Positions 1-10,260 are shown, counted from the stretch's first letter. The stretch: 38,013 bases of DNA from Octopus bimaculoides (GCF_001194135.2 NC_068984.1:132088562-132126574), one strand, 5' to 3'. Notes: generated by a model from the letters alone, not told the origin. Made by a program: numbers and translations.

Positions 1-213
1 TGTGTATAAGTTTGTGTGTCTGTGTTTGTCCCCCCAACATCGCTTGACAACCGATGGTGGTGTGTTTACGTCCCCGTAACTTAGCGGTTCGGCAAAAAAG
101 ACCGATAGAATAAGTACTAGGCTTACAAAGAATAAGTCCTGGGGTCGATTTCTTCGACTAAAGGCGGTGCTCCAGCATGGCCACAGACAAATGACTGAAA
201 CAAGTAAAAGAGA
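1..213 (+). mobile_element. SINE family A, 3' half (head lies outside the window)
   Basis: Matches the 3' halves of the copies at 7577-8021 and 28601-28797 (CATCGCTTGACAACCGATG...GGCGGTGCTCCAGCATGGCC...GACTGAAACAAGTAAAAGAG). Confidence 0.9.
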
Positions 214-335
214 GATAGAACAAGTACCAGGTTTAAAAAAAATAGTACTGCGGTCGATTCGTTCGACTAAAATTCTTTCAGGCGGTGCCCCAGCACGGCC
301 GCAGTTTAATGACTGAAATAAGTAAAATATGAAAG
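214..335 (+). mobile_element. second, diverged family A 3' tail placed in tandem
   Basis: GATAGAACAAGTACCAGG...GGCGGTGCCCCAGCACGGCCGCAG...GACTGAAATAAGTAAAA repeats the tail at about 104-213. Confidence 0.8.
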
Positions 336-600
336 ATCACCACCAAAGCCACAAGTACCATAACAGCTGTAACCATCACTACCCTCACCACGAGCATCTT
401 CTTCGCCATCTCTACCACAACTATAGCAGCCACCACCATTAAAACAGCCACCTTCACCATCATTGTTATTAGTAACATTGCTCACATCATCCAAAGTATC
501 ACCACCACAACCACCACCACTACAGCCGCCAACATCTTCACCACCATCACCATCACTACGACCACCATCGTCCATACTGTTAACACTACAAACCATTCAG
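336..600. repeat. degenerate (ACC/AAC/ATC)n low-complexity tract
   Basis: Imperfect trinucleotide runs. Similar tracts occur at about 18110-18215, 18540-18715, 21890-22322, 22816-22950 and 30990-31060. Confidence 0.8.
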
Positions 601-699
601 CGATCCATTTTCTTTTGATGAAATATTTGCTATTTGCTGTTCAACATAATTTGCTGGGGTCACTGTCCACTTTGTGTCGTCTGCTTTACTGGAACACTA

Positions 700-1130
700 C
701 GACTTCCTTCCGTCTCTCTCCCGCCTTCTCTTTTTTTTCTCTTACCACTCTCACCTTCCCTGTCTCTTTCTCTCACTTTCCCTCCCTTCTCTCTATTTCT
801 TACCCCTCCTTCCCCTCGCGTTTCCTCCCCCGTCCTTCTCCTTCACTCTCTCCTTCCACTCCTTCTCTCTCCCTTTCTCTCTCTCTCGCTTCTTTTCCCT
901 TTTTTCCTCTCACTATTGGATCATCTTTTTTCCTATCCATTATATTTTTTCTTTCGTTCCTTTTTTTTTTACCCCGTTTCTTTTATTCTTACTTCATTCC
1001 CTCTTTCTCTTTCTTTTCGTTGATCCAACAACTACATGTCCCTGTCTCTGCTTCTATGCTTCTCTGTTTCTCTCACTCTTCACCCCCTCTCTCTCTCTCT
1101 CAATTTATCTATTTATCTGTCTATTTGACT
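700..1130. repeat. polypyrimidine (CT-rich) low-complexity tract
   Basis: Almost exclusively C/T on the + strand. Confidence 0.85.
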
Positions 1131-1195
1131 CTTAATCTTTATGCAAGTTTATATGAATGAATGAATAAATCTTCCTTTCCCTCCTTTTATATTTA

Positions 1196-1226
<31 letters not shown>

Positions 1227-1736
1227 CTGTATATACACAACATACACACATATTCAGAAAGAGAGGGAGTGTGTGTGACTGTCTGCGTGTTGTGTATATA
1301 CACGCATACACACAAACCCGCCAAATCTCCCAGTTTTTCCCACACAACGTTCTAAAGGAAGTGTGACCAAGTACGGTGAGAACTCAAAAAACTAATAAAG
1401 ACGTTCCCACTAATATTTTTCCTTTGTAGTTTCACTGACTAAATGACTTGCTTTCAACACACAGCAACCATTTCTCACATAGCAATGAAGCCTCAGGGTG
1501 ACACGCTGCTGCTGCTGCTGCTGCTGCTGTTACTGTTGTCATCGTAGTCGTCCTCGTTGTTGTTGTCGCTGTCGTCGAAGTTGTTATTGTTGTTCAGCTC
1601 CAGCTCAACCCGTGATCGTGCAGATCTCTGATCAAAAGCAATCTATTATATCCATCCACAGTCATCTCGTCCTTTTATGGATATGTAGAAGATTCCCTTA
1701 TTTAAATGTGTCCTCTTCGAATACAACACTTACATT

Positions 1737-2125
1737 CTCTTTTACTCTTTTACTTGTTTCAGTCATTTGACTGCGGCCATGCTGGAGCACCGCCTTTAGT
1801 CGAGCAAATCGACCCCGGGACTTATTCTTTGTAAGCCTAGTACTTATTCTATCGGTCTCTTTTGCCGAACCGCTAGGTGACGGGGACATAAACACACCAG
1901 CATCGGTTGTCAAGCGATGTTGGGGGACAAACACAGACACACAAACACATATATATATACATATATACGACGGGCTTCTTTCAGTTTCCGTCTACCAAAT
2001 CCACTCACAAGGCTTTGGTCGGCCCGAGGCTATAGTAGAAGACACTTGCCCAAGGTGCCACGCAGTGGGACTGAACCCGGAACCATGTGGTTGGTAAGCA
2101 AGCTACTTACCACACAGCCACTCCT
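1737..2125 (-). mobile_element. SINE family A, near full length
   Basis: Reverse complement of the 7577-8021 copy: tRNA-like head (GGAGTGGCTGTGTGGTAAG...GGTTCAGTCCC), internal (TA)/(TG) microsatellite and (AAAAGAGT)n tail. Confidence 0.95.
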
Positions 2126-2344
2126 AATTTGAAGGTTATTCGCTTCTATTTCTAGCTAGCCTGAGCGACTGCGTAGAGATAGAAGACGTAAGAGACTGTG
2201 ACGTTAATGCGTTTGTTCAGAATGACGAAAGTGAAGAGAAACGTGGTATAGCCAGTTCGACATATAACAATGTGAGAGCAGCAGATTTCTGAAACGAAAG
2301 GTCGCAGTTTCGTATCCTGTTATGGTGACAGATACGTATGTATG

Positions 2345-2454
2345 TCATTATTCAGTTTTATTTCAAGATTTCTTGCCAATAGAGAAGGAGCCGGTTTCTA
2401 ACCTAGATCCAAGGATCCTTCATTGGAATTTCAACATCAACGACAAGGTATTTT
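2345..2454 (+). repeat. 110-bp interspersed element embedded in (TATG)n, copy 1
   Basis: TCATTATTCAGTTTTATTTCAAGATTTCTTGCCAATAGAG...CAACGACAAGGTATTTT. Highly similar copies at 15632-15742 and 24323-24432. Strand is arbitrary. Confidence 0.9.
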
Positions 2455-2464
2455 GTATGTATGC

Positions 2465-2497
<33 letters not shown>

Positions 2498-2498
2498 T

Positions 2499-2876
2499 GG
2501 AGGCGCAATGGCCCAGTGGTTAGGGCAGCGGACTCGTGGTCATAGGATCACGGTCCAGACCGGGCGTTGTGAGTGTTTATTGAGCGAATACACCTAAAGC
2601 TCCACGAGGCTCCGGCAGGGGATGGTGGCGAACCCTGCTGTACTCTTTCACCACAACTTTCTCTCACTCTTACTTCCTGTTTCTGTTGTGCCTGTAATTC
2701 AAAGGGTCAGCCTTGTCACACTGTGTCACGCTGAATATCCCCGAGAACTACGTTAAGGGTACACGTGTCTGTGGAGTGCTCAACCACTTGTATGTTAATT
2801 CCACGAGCAGGCTGTTCCGTTGATCGGATCAACTGAAACCCTCGACGTCGTAAGCGACGGAGTGCCAACAACAACA
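2499..2876 (+). mobile_element. SINE family B, full length
   Basis: Head GGAGGCGCAATGGCCCAGTGGTTAG (A-box-like), with the B-box region shortened here, and an (AAC)n tail. Near-identical copy at 12736-13117. Confidence 0.92.
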
Positions 2877-3611
2877 TGTATGTGTGCAGATTTGTATGTT
2901 GTGTTTTATGCTTGTCTTCTCAAGCAAGTACTTGCATATCTAGACATGCTCATATATACTTCAATGATAAACTACTGGAAAGTTTTACAGATTTTTACAA
3001 TTCCAGTGATGGCTTGGAACTTAGTCTTCGAATCAGCTTTCTCCTTTCTGGTTTTGAGAAGCCTAATTTCTCAAGATTGATATTAAGGCAGAGTGTTAGG
3101 TACCGTATGTGTGTGTGTGTGTGTGAGTATGTATGTATGTATGAATGTATGTATATGTGTGTGTGTGCGTGTATTTATGTATGTATGTATGTTTGTATGT
3201 ATGTAGGTGTGTATGTATATATGTATGTATGCATNNNNNNNNNNTTTGTATGTATGTAGGTGTGTATGTATATATGTATGTATGCATGTATATATATATG
3301 TATATTTGTATATATATATATATATATATGTATGTATATATATATGTATGTATATATATATGTATATATATATTCATGTGTGTATGTGTGCATCTATGTA
3401 TGTGTTCATATATGTATGCAAATAATACTTGCATAACTAACATGGATGCATATGTGCCCGAAAAAAAACAGCCGTGTCAAAGGGCACGTAAGTTCAAAAA
3501 AGTCAATGAACATTCAGTAGTCTTTGTTTATACGTGTGTGTGTGTGCGCGCGTGCGCGCGTGTTGTGTGTGTGTGTGTCTGTGTGCGTGTGTGTGTACGC
3601 GCGTATACATA

Positions 3612-3832
3612 CGAGTAAGTGCTGAAAAGTTTCTGGCTTAAAGGGTGTCGCGAAAGGCCTGGCTGGAGGCCCAACCTTCCAAGTTCTTTTACACGGCTTA
3701 GAAAAACCGAAGGACCGCTGCAATAAGTGTGTGAATCTGAGAAGGGAGTATCTTGAATGAAATCATAATTGTTAACTGATCCTCCTGTTTTTTTGTTTTA
3801 CCCAGTACCAGGAACTTTTCCGCATCCACTCG
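3612..3832 (+). mobile_element. mariner-derived MITE / internal-deletion derivative
   Basis: Imperfect TIRs CGAGTAAGTGCTGAAAAGTTTCTGG...CCAGGAACTTTTCCGCATCCACTCG with TA on both flanks. Internal frame reads LHGLEKPKDRCNKCVNLRREYLE*, resembling the mariner transposase C-terminus (RWxKCVxxxGxYxE). Confidence 0.85.
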
Positions 3833-4307
3833 TATGTACACTTAAATGTGTACATAAATCTACGTAAGAGGATACACATCACTTCAAACCTATAGTAACA
3901 GCAATTTCTGGGCGCGTAACAGCAATTTCTGGGTTGGTTACCAGAGGTGTAATGAGCGACACCCACGTCCCACAAACTTTTGTACTGATACTTATTGCAT
4001 TTTTCTTTTATATCCTAAGCACAAGGCAACAGTCGGTGTATCACTTGTGTTTGCAACAATGGAATACTGTCACTGCTCGAGCGACAGTCACGTTCGATAT
4101 TTCCCAGTCATCCGTGCATGTTGCGTCCTTCGTTGAAATGCCGTAATGTCGGCGTTAACATACGCAATGTAGTAAACCGAGAAACATCGCTTAATACTTT
4201 TCAACCTTTGGAGATGAAAGCAAATCGTTATATAAGTGACTAATATTGGTGACAATGGGGTGGCTGAGTGCAAGTATCGGAGGTTTGTATCGATTTTATT
4301 GGACATA

Positions 4308-4630
4308 TGAAGAAGAAGAAGAAGAAGAAGAAGAAGAAGAAGAAGAAGAAGAAGAAGAAGAAGAAGAAGAAGAAGAAGAAGGTTGATGATGATAATGAAA
4401 AAAGTGACGATGACGACGACAAAGGAGGAGGAGGAGAAGGAGGAGGAAGAGAAGCAGGAGAAGGAGGAGAGGAGGAGGAGGGAAGGAGGAGGGAAGGAGG
4501 AGGGAAGGAGGAGAAGAAGATGATGATGATGATGATGATGAAAGAAGGAGGAGAAGAAAAAGGAGAAGAAGAAGAAGAAGAAGAAGAAGAAGAAGAAGGA
4601 GAAGAAGAAGAAAGAGAAGAAGAAGAGATC
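4308..4630. repeat. (GAA)n followed by (GAT)/(GGA)/(GAA) purine-rich compound microsatellite
   Basis: Perfect (GAA)n at about 4308-4381, then purine-rich trinucleotide runs. Confidence 0.95.
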
Positions 4631-4994
4631 CAGTAGATAACATGAGATGTCAGAAGAGAGAAGACAAAAAACTAGAACAACAGTATCAACAACAACAACA
4701 ACAACAATACAAATAATAAAGAAGAAAGAGGTGGGAATGGACTGTTTAATGAAAATATGACGAATAGGTGAGTCACAGGTAGTTTAGTGACATATATTGG
4801 TGGTAGTGGTGGTGGTGGTGGGGGAGTTGTTTTGCGTAAACAAAATTGAATAAAGAGAAAATAATATAAAAAGAATACAATAGAACAACATGGAATAATA
4901 GAACAACAGTAGATGACAAAACAAACAAGAATAGAGTAAAATAGAATAAAGTTAAAAGAGAAGGGAAAAGAGAATAGAGCAGTATAATGCGATA

Positions 4995-4997
4995 ATA

Positions 4998-5067
<70 letters not shown>
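4995..5067. repeat. (AAT)n microsatellite
   Basis: Direct reading. Confidence 0.95.
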
Positions 5068-5069
<2 letters not shown>

Positions 5070-6074
5070 AATGATGGTTAAAAACAGAATAGAATAAAAC
5101 ATAACAGAATGTAAGTGGATTAAATGGAATAGAATAAACGGAAGAACGAAATATAGAAGATTTTGTTTTTGTATTTGGTCAATAACATTCTTGGTTCTTT
5201 TGTATTTCGGAAGGGGCATTATGGCAATAATAAACACACGCACCCGTTCTCTTTCACTTCTTTTATTATATTCTTGTCAATTGAGTGATTATTTAACCAA
5301 TTAATTAATCGATTGTTTGATTAATCGTTCAGTTATTCAATAAACCAGTGAGGTTTGTCAAAGCCCTTTCATCGCTATTCACGATCTCATCAACGAGTTA
5401 CCCGCTCCACTGATTGATTGATTTTTAACCAACGAGTTACCCGCTCCTCTGATTGATCGATCAGTTAATTATAGTTGACCAATTAACAAATGAATAGCAA
5501 GGAAGTGAAATACAGCCAATGCGCGTGTTTATTATTAGCGTAATGACCCTCTCAAGATACAACAGAAATATAGAAGCCTTTACGTAGTCGATTGGCCTGG
5601 TAGAAATAACAACCAGATCTTCTTTAAATCACACTACTTTCGAAAACAAAAGTAGCATGGGTTAGCCTTTCTCTTCTCTGTAGTCGACGCTGTGTTGTCC
5701 CCTCTCTGGTCTTGTTAGCTTAGAATTGTCGTCAATGATTCTGTATCTTTGCTTGCTTTCTAAGTAGAGGTGTTGGTCCTATGTAAATCCATTTTTACAT
5801 TTGGGAAGAAGTGGTCCATATTAGTCTGATCTCTATGTCTTTGACCTGTCCTACAGAAGAGGCTCTACTAGGAGCTTGGGCTCCACTGACATAGCTCTCA
5901 AGGCCATTGAGGTGCAAAAGCCACTACACTTCAACAAGGACTGGACCTTATAGTGGACTTCGTGGTATACTATGTAAGTAACATGTGGGATAGTCATGGT
6001 TGAAACGCCTTTGACAATAGATTTGCTAATTCACTGATGACTAACTAATAACATTAGAAAAAATAAATTAAATC

Positions 6075-6148
6075 TAACATAGGTACAAGGCAATAAATTT
6101 GAGGAAGCGATTAGTCGATTAAATCGATCTCAGTACATGACTGGTGGA
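6075..6148 (-). mobile_element. SINE family E, 3' fragment
   Basis: ACAAGGCAATAAATTT...TAGTCGATTAAATCGATCTCAGTACATGACTGG resembles family E tails. Confidence 0.55.
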
Positions 6149-6462
6149 GTCTAACGTAATATCTTGACTCTTATTTTTCGTGTAGACAGCATCCCTGGGT
6201 AAATTTCATCAATCACTACACAGTTCAGCAAACGGAACGGTGACTGATTAAAGCAGTGATGTACAAAGGATTGCAACACTCAGGAACAAAGACACTTCTT
6301 ATGTTCTAGAACGAAATACGTGTCCCTTCAAACCTGCACCTAGGGGTGACCAACTCCCTCTCCGCTTTGTTATACCTCTGGACTGAGGTGAAGTAGAGAG
6401 AGACCATCGACTCCTTAATGGAATCCTTGATCACTTAGTGAATAAGTATAAATAAAAATAAA

Positions 6463-6686
6463 AATATTAGTTACAAATTTTGGCATAATGCCAGCAATTT
6501 CGGGGGGGGGGGGTCTAAGTCAATTACATTGACCCCAGTATGCAACTGGTACTTGTTTTATCGACCCCGAAAGGATGAAAGGCAAAGCTGACCTCGGTGG
6601 CATTTCAGCTCAGAACGTAAAGTCGGACGAAATGCCGCTAAGCATTTTACCATGTGTCCTAACGATTCTACCAGCTAGCTGCCCTA
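6463..6686 (-). mobile_element. SINE family E
   Basis: Minus strand carries a tRNA-like head and the core GCCTTTCATCCTTTCGGGGTCGATAAAA-AAGTACCAG shared with 7062, 29796, 30390 and 34293. Confidence 0.85.
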
Positions 6687-6689
6687 TAT

Positions 6690-6879
6690 TTCGCTGAAAT
6701 TTCGGAGAAGGGGTAAGTCGATTACATCGACCCCCAGCTCTCAACTGGTACTTATTTTATCGACCCCGAAAGGATGAAAAGCGAAGTCCACTTCGATGGA
6801 ATTTGAACTCAGAACGTGACGACAGACAAAATGCTGCTAAACATTTTGTCCGGCGTGCTTACGATTCTGCCAGCTCGCC
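6690..6879 (-). mobile_element. SINE family E, stacked head-to-tail with its neighbours
   Basis: Minus strand: GGCGAGCTGGCAGAATCG...GAGTTCAAATTCC (B box)...CATCCTTTCGGGGTCGATAAAATAAGTACCAG. Confidence 0.9.
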
Positions 6880-6951
6880 TGAAATTTTGAGGGAGAGATA
6901 GATGCCTAGTCGATTATATCGACTCCATTTCAAATAGTACTTATTTTATCG
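6880..6951 (-). mobile_element. SINE family E, 3' fragment
   Basis: TAGTCGATTATATCGAC...GTACTTATTTTATCG tail motif. Confidence 0.65.
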
Positions 6952-7061
6952 CCGCCGCCGCCACCACCACCACCACCACAACAACAACAACAACAGTAGC
7001 AACGGCAACAATTTGGAGAGAAAAGGACTATAGGTAGTGCAGTTAATATTAAATATATTAC

Positions 7062-7263
7062 AAGGCGGCGAGCTAGCAGATTCTTCAGCACCCCAGGCGA
7101 AATGCTTAGCGGCATTTCGTCTGTCGTCACGTTCTGAATTAAAATTCCACCGAGGCGACTTTGCCTTTCATCCTTCGGGGTCGATAAAATAAATACCAGT
7201 TGTAACCGTCTTACCCCCTCATCTGAAATTGCAGGACTTGTGCCAAAATTTGAAATCAATATT
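7062..7263 (+). mobile_element. SINE family E
   Basis: AAGGCGGCGAGCTAGCAGA head and core GCCTTTCATCCTTCGGGGTCGATAAAATAAATACCAG. Confidence 0.9.
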
Positions 7264-7576
7264 AAACATATTAAATAAAGTAGCATACGTTTGAATTTCT
7301 TGACATCATAAATAAGAAGGACGTGTCTGATGTGTATTACACTGGACAGCAAAGATTTTGCTACTGGGGTAAAGAGCAGGTGTTTTAGACTAAATCGAGG
7401 ATGTTGATTCCGAATCAGCACTCAGAATTGTTCTAGCACGTCAGGATTTTGAGTTATGTGCAAGCGCAAGATTATAACTATACATTCGGCTAGATTTAGG
7501 CCGTATTATAAAATTTGCTAAAACGAAAGCGGTCTTAATTCAAAATTAAAGGAAAAACAACAATAAAATAAACATA

Positions 7577-7753
7577 GGCGCAGGAGTGGTTGTGTGGTAA
7601 GTAGCTTGTTTATTAACCACATGGTTCCGGGTTCAGTCCCACTGCGTGGCACTTTGGGCAAGTGTCTTCTACTATAGCCTCGGGCCGATCAAAACCTTGT
7701 GAGTGGATTTGGTAGACGGAAATTGAAAGAAGCCCGTCGTATATATGTATATG

Positions 7754-7819
<66 letters not shown>

Positions 7820-8021
7820 TCCCCCCCAACATCGCTTGACAACCGATGCTGGTGTGTTTACGTCCCCGTAACTTAGCGGTTCGGCAAAAGGGGCCCTATA
7901 GAAGAAGTACTAGGCTTACAAAGAATAAGTCCTGGGGTCGATATGCTCGACTAAAGGCGGTGCTCCCGCATGGCCGCAGTCAAATGACTGAAACAACTAA
8001 AAGAGTAAAAAAAAAAGAGTA
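7577..8021 (+). mobile_element. SINE family A, full length, nested in the Chapaev3-like 5' region
   Basis: GGCGCAGGAGTGGTTGTGTGGTAAG head, GGTTCAGTCCC B-box-like motif, internal (TA)n(TG)n and AAAAGAGT tail. Confidence 0.95.
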
Positions 8022-8198
8022 ATGAGAAAGTTCATTATTTAGTGTAGCAACAGATGGCGCTGATGTACTGTGTGTAGTGCCAAATACGTCAGTTTGTTCT
8101 TGGTAACTCTCAGTGTCGTTTGCACTGTCGTCACGCGTGGTGTGTGTATCTCTCGCTCTGCGTGATTACTGTTTTAACTGTGTTCATTGTGTTAGATC

Positions 8199-8385
8199 AT
8201 GAATAGGAGAGGCTGTGTGAATCACCCACACAACTTCTGTTATGTCTGTGGAAAATTTCCTCCGCGTAACCAGCGGAAGAACATTGCCACCAAATTTAAA
8301 AATTGCCTATAAATATTATTTCGGGTGTAAAGTTGGGGACCAAGACAAGAGGTGGGCACTTCATATATGCTGCACCGCGTCTTAC
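8199..8385 (+). pseudogene. Chapaev3-type transposase N-terminal zinc-finger region, frameshifted and truncated
   Basis: MNRRGCVNHPHNFCYVCGKFPPRNQRKNIATKFK-(+1)-IAYKYYFGCKVGDQDKRWALHICC. Matches the conserved CxNxPxxFCYxCG...AYxxYFGCKxGDQDKxWAPHxCC motif. Too short or broken to appear in the ORF track. Confidence 0.8.
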
Positions 8386-8391
8386 TCATTG

Positions 8392-10260
8392 TTAAAAAAA
8401 AATTGCATTTGAGTTACGAAAATTCGCTACAACTCGAACAAACTTGGGTATGCATATGAAAATAGCTCAACCGCTGTATTAATCTTGAGGCATTTGACAG
8501 CATTATTTACGTTGGTTCAATAGCTAGAAAGCTTACTTTTGAACAATGAATAAGCTTCGAAGTCCACCCATCAATAAGTTAATCTTGTAAGAGAGACGCA
8601 ACGTCTGCACTTTCTATTTCTAAATCAAATTATGTAACAATTCTGTCAATCAAAGCGTGTTTTCTTCAGGTCCCCGAAATTTTCCATAAAGTCTTTCTTT
8701 AGACTTTCAAGTTGTAATATGTATATCTCAGATCAGGATAAGAAATGTTATCAACTTCTCCTTCTTGTAACTGCCGCAAATTTGAAAATAAATACCGTAT
8801 GTGATGACATAAAAGACCTACAGGCAAATTAGACACATCACAGTTCGTTTCGGGAGCATGTATCCAAAGAAGAAAATACTTTTTTGCATCAACCCTTTAG
8901 CATTCAAAACGGCCATATCCAGCCCAAATGTTCTACTTGTTTTATATTCAAATTGACTAGATCGGTCTTCTCACACCTACTCTACAATGACATTCTAAAA
9001 ATAAACCATCACATCATTGAAATCTCAAAGCTACAAGTTAATGTACGGTAAATTCAAAACAATGTGAAAAAATAACCATTACTCTAGACAGAGAAATCTG
9101 AATGCAAAAGGGTTAAAGCAGGAGAAAAAAATTTACGAACAGGAGACCCAACATTGCATATAAGATCCAGGCTTTTTTGTGTGTCTTATATGCCATTAAA
9201 TTCAATACTTAAGATTTGTACGAACTAATGTAGATTTAAGAAAGTCTATTGAAACTTATTAGAATTGTTCAGGCCTGAATAATCTTTATTTTGAAGACAT
9301 TTCTGTACGCTGTTAAAATTTGAATTTAAGTGTAACGAATAGAATAGATGTTTCTTACCATGTTTAAAGTCGTCACAAAGGGGGAAGGAGGCAACGCATC
9401 AGCAAACATCTCCATATCATATAAGTCAACATATTTTTCCAAGGTATCGTCTGTTATCAACCAGTTGAACTTCCATGTGCAAAAGTAATTGGTTAAAATG
9501 TCCATTTTCGGTTTCTTTTTTTCAATATAACACTGCAAGTCATCCCGAAGCAAGAGGATGTACTTTAGTTTTGTTGATTGACCTGTGACACACACTTATG
9601 AGGCACCATGTAAGTTCATCATGCAGTCTCTTCAAATAGTCCTTTAATTCAATAGTTGTTCCCCTTTCACTTCTCCTTTATTGCACATCAGATTTGGACT
9701 ATCATTTCCCACAGAGGCCATAAAAAAAATATATACGAACCGCCGAAAGTTGATTCTCAGAATTCGATAAAAAATTTCTAATTTTGAAGCTCAAATATCA
9801 AAGTTTTCTGCATCAATGCTTAGTGGCATTGTATTTGTATTTATTGTCATGCATTTTATGGCGGGCTGAGAACCTTTCTTCGTAAAAGATCCAGTAACTA
9901 CCTATATTACGAGCATTTCAACAATGGTATGTGTTTGTTTTTTCTTTGTCGTATTAAGGGAGATATTGTGCTATGTTATTAATCTTCTTTTAATATCAAC
10001 ATTGGTAGATGCTTTGAAGAATATCTTTAACTTCGGTCGATTTCTAAAGTTTTCTTTCATTGTCTTTAAAAAACATCAAAATTTTTATTTCTCGTATCAG
10101 AGTGAATTTTTTTCAAGGTTTCATGGCATCATAACTGAAAGAATTTTCACATAGCAGGTACATAAGCATTATTGAAATCGTAAACAAAGGTACGAATCCA
10201 ATTTTTAAAATATTCTTACGAATATCATCGGTAATTCTTCCAAGAATCATCTGCTGCCAA
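8392..10260 (-). pseudogene. decayed hAT (Charlie / ZBED5-SCAND3-like) transposase, nearly full length
   Basis: Manual minus-strand translation across stops and frameshifts gives, in the expected order: R*YS*EYF (~10230), HETLKKIHSDTRNKN (BED-finger end), HNISLNTTKKKQTHTIVEMLVI (~9950), NDSPNLM (DG region, ~9690), HFNQLLLHMEVQ/WL (LLLHTEVRWL motif, ~9460-9500), YILQLESLKKDFMENFGDL (~8700), IVT*FDLEIESADVASLLQD and VDFEAYSLFKSK...AYPS (dimerisation domain, ~8450-8640). Confidence 0.85.
8893..9112. mobile_element. piggyBac-type MITE inserted in the hAT transposase
   Basis: TIRs CCCTTTAGCATTCA / TGAATGCAAAAGGG (13 of 14), flanked by TCAA (8889-8892) and TTAA (9113-9116). Confidence 0.85.

Larger units (their letters stand above)
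7340..8390 (+). mobile_element. Chapaev3-like (CMC superfamily) DNA transposon, 5' portion, interrupted by a SINE
   Basis: Starts TTA|CACTGGACAGCAAA (CAC terminus, TWA-type target), with subterminal GATTCCGAATC...GCACGTCAGGATTTTGAG and a transposase N-terminus at 8199-8385. Family assignment rests on recalled consensus features. Confidence 0.7.

Noticed and set aside
615-1160. Hydrophobic 129-181 aa ORFs resembling membrane proteins
   Set aside because: All three + frames are open because CT-rich DNA lacks stop codons.
3191-3288. 44-bp direct repeat flanking a 10-N gap
   Set aside because: Typical unmerged contig overlap, so an assembly artefact.
4268-4643. Poly-Lys/Glu and poly-Leu/Ser ORFs
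   Set aside because: Translations of GAA/GGA microsatellites, open on both strands, with no unique coding content.
5570-5945. Possible RTE 3' and 5' remnants
   Set aside because: Only vague motif resemblance after several assumed frameshifts. Probably repeat-derived but not assignable by eye.
7577-7650. tRNA genes suggested by A and B boxes (also at 12736 and 26139)
   Set aside because: These are SINE heads continuing into core and tail sequence, with no complete cloverleaf.
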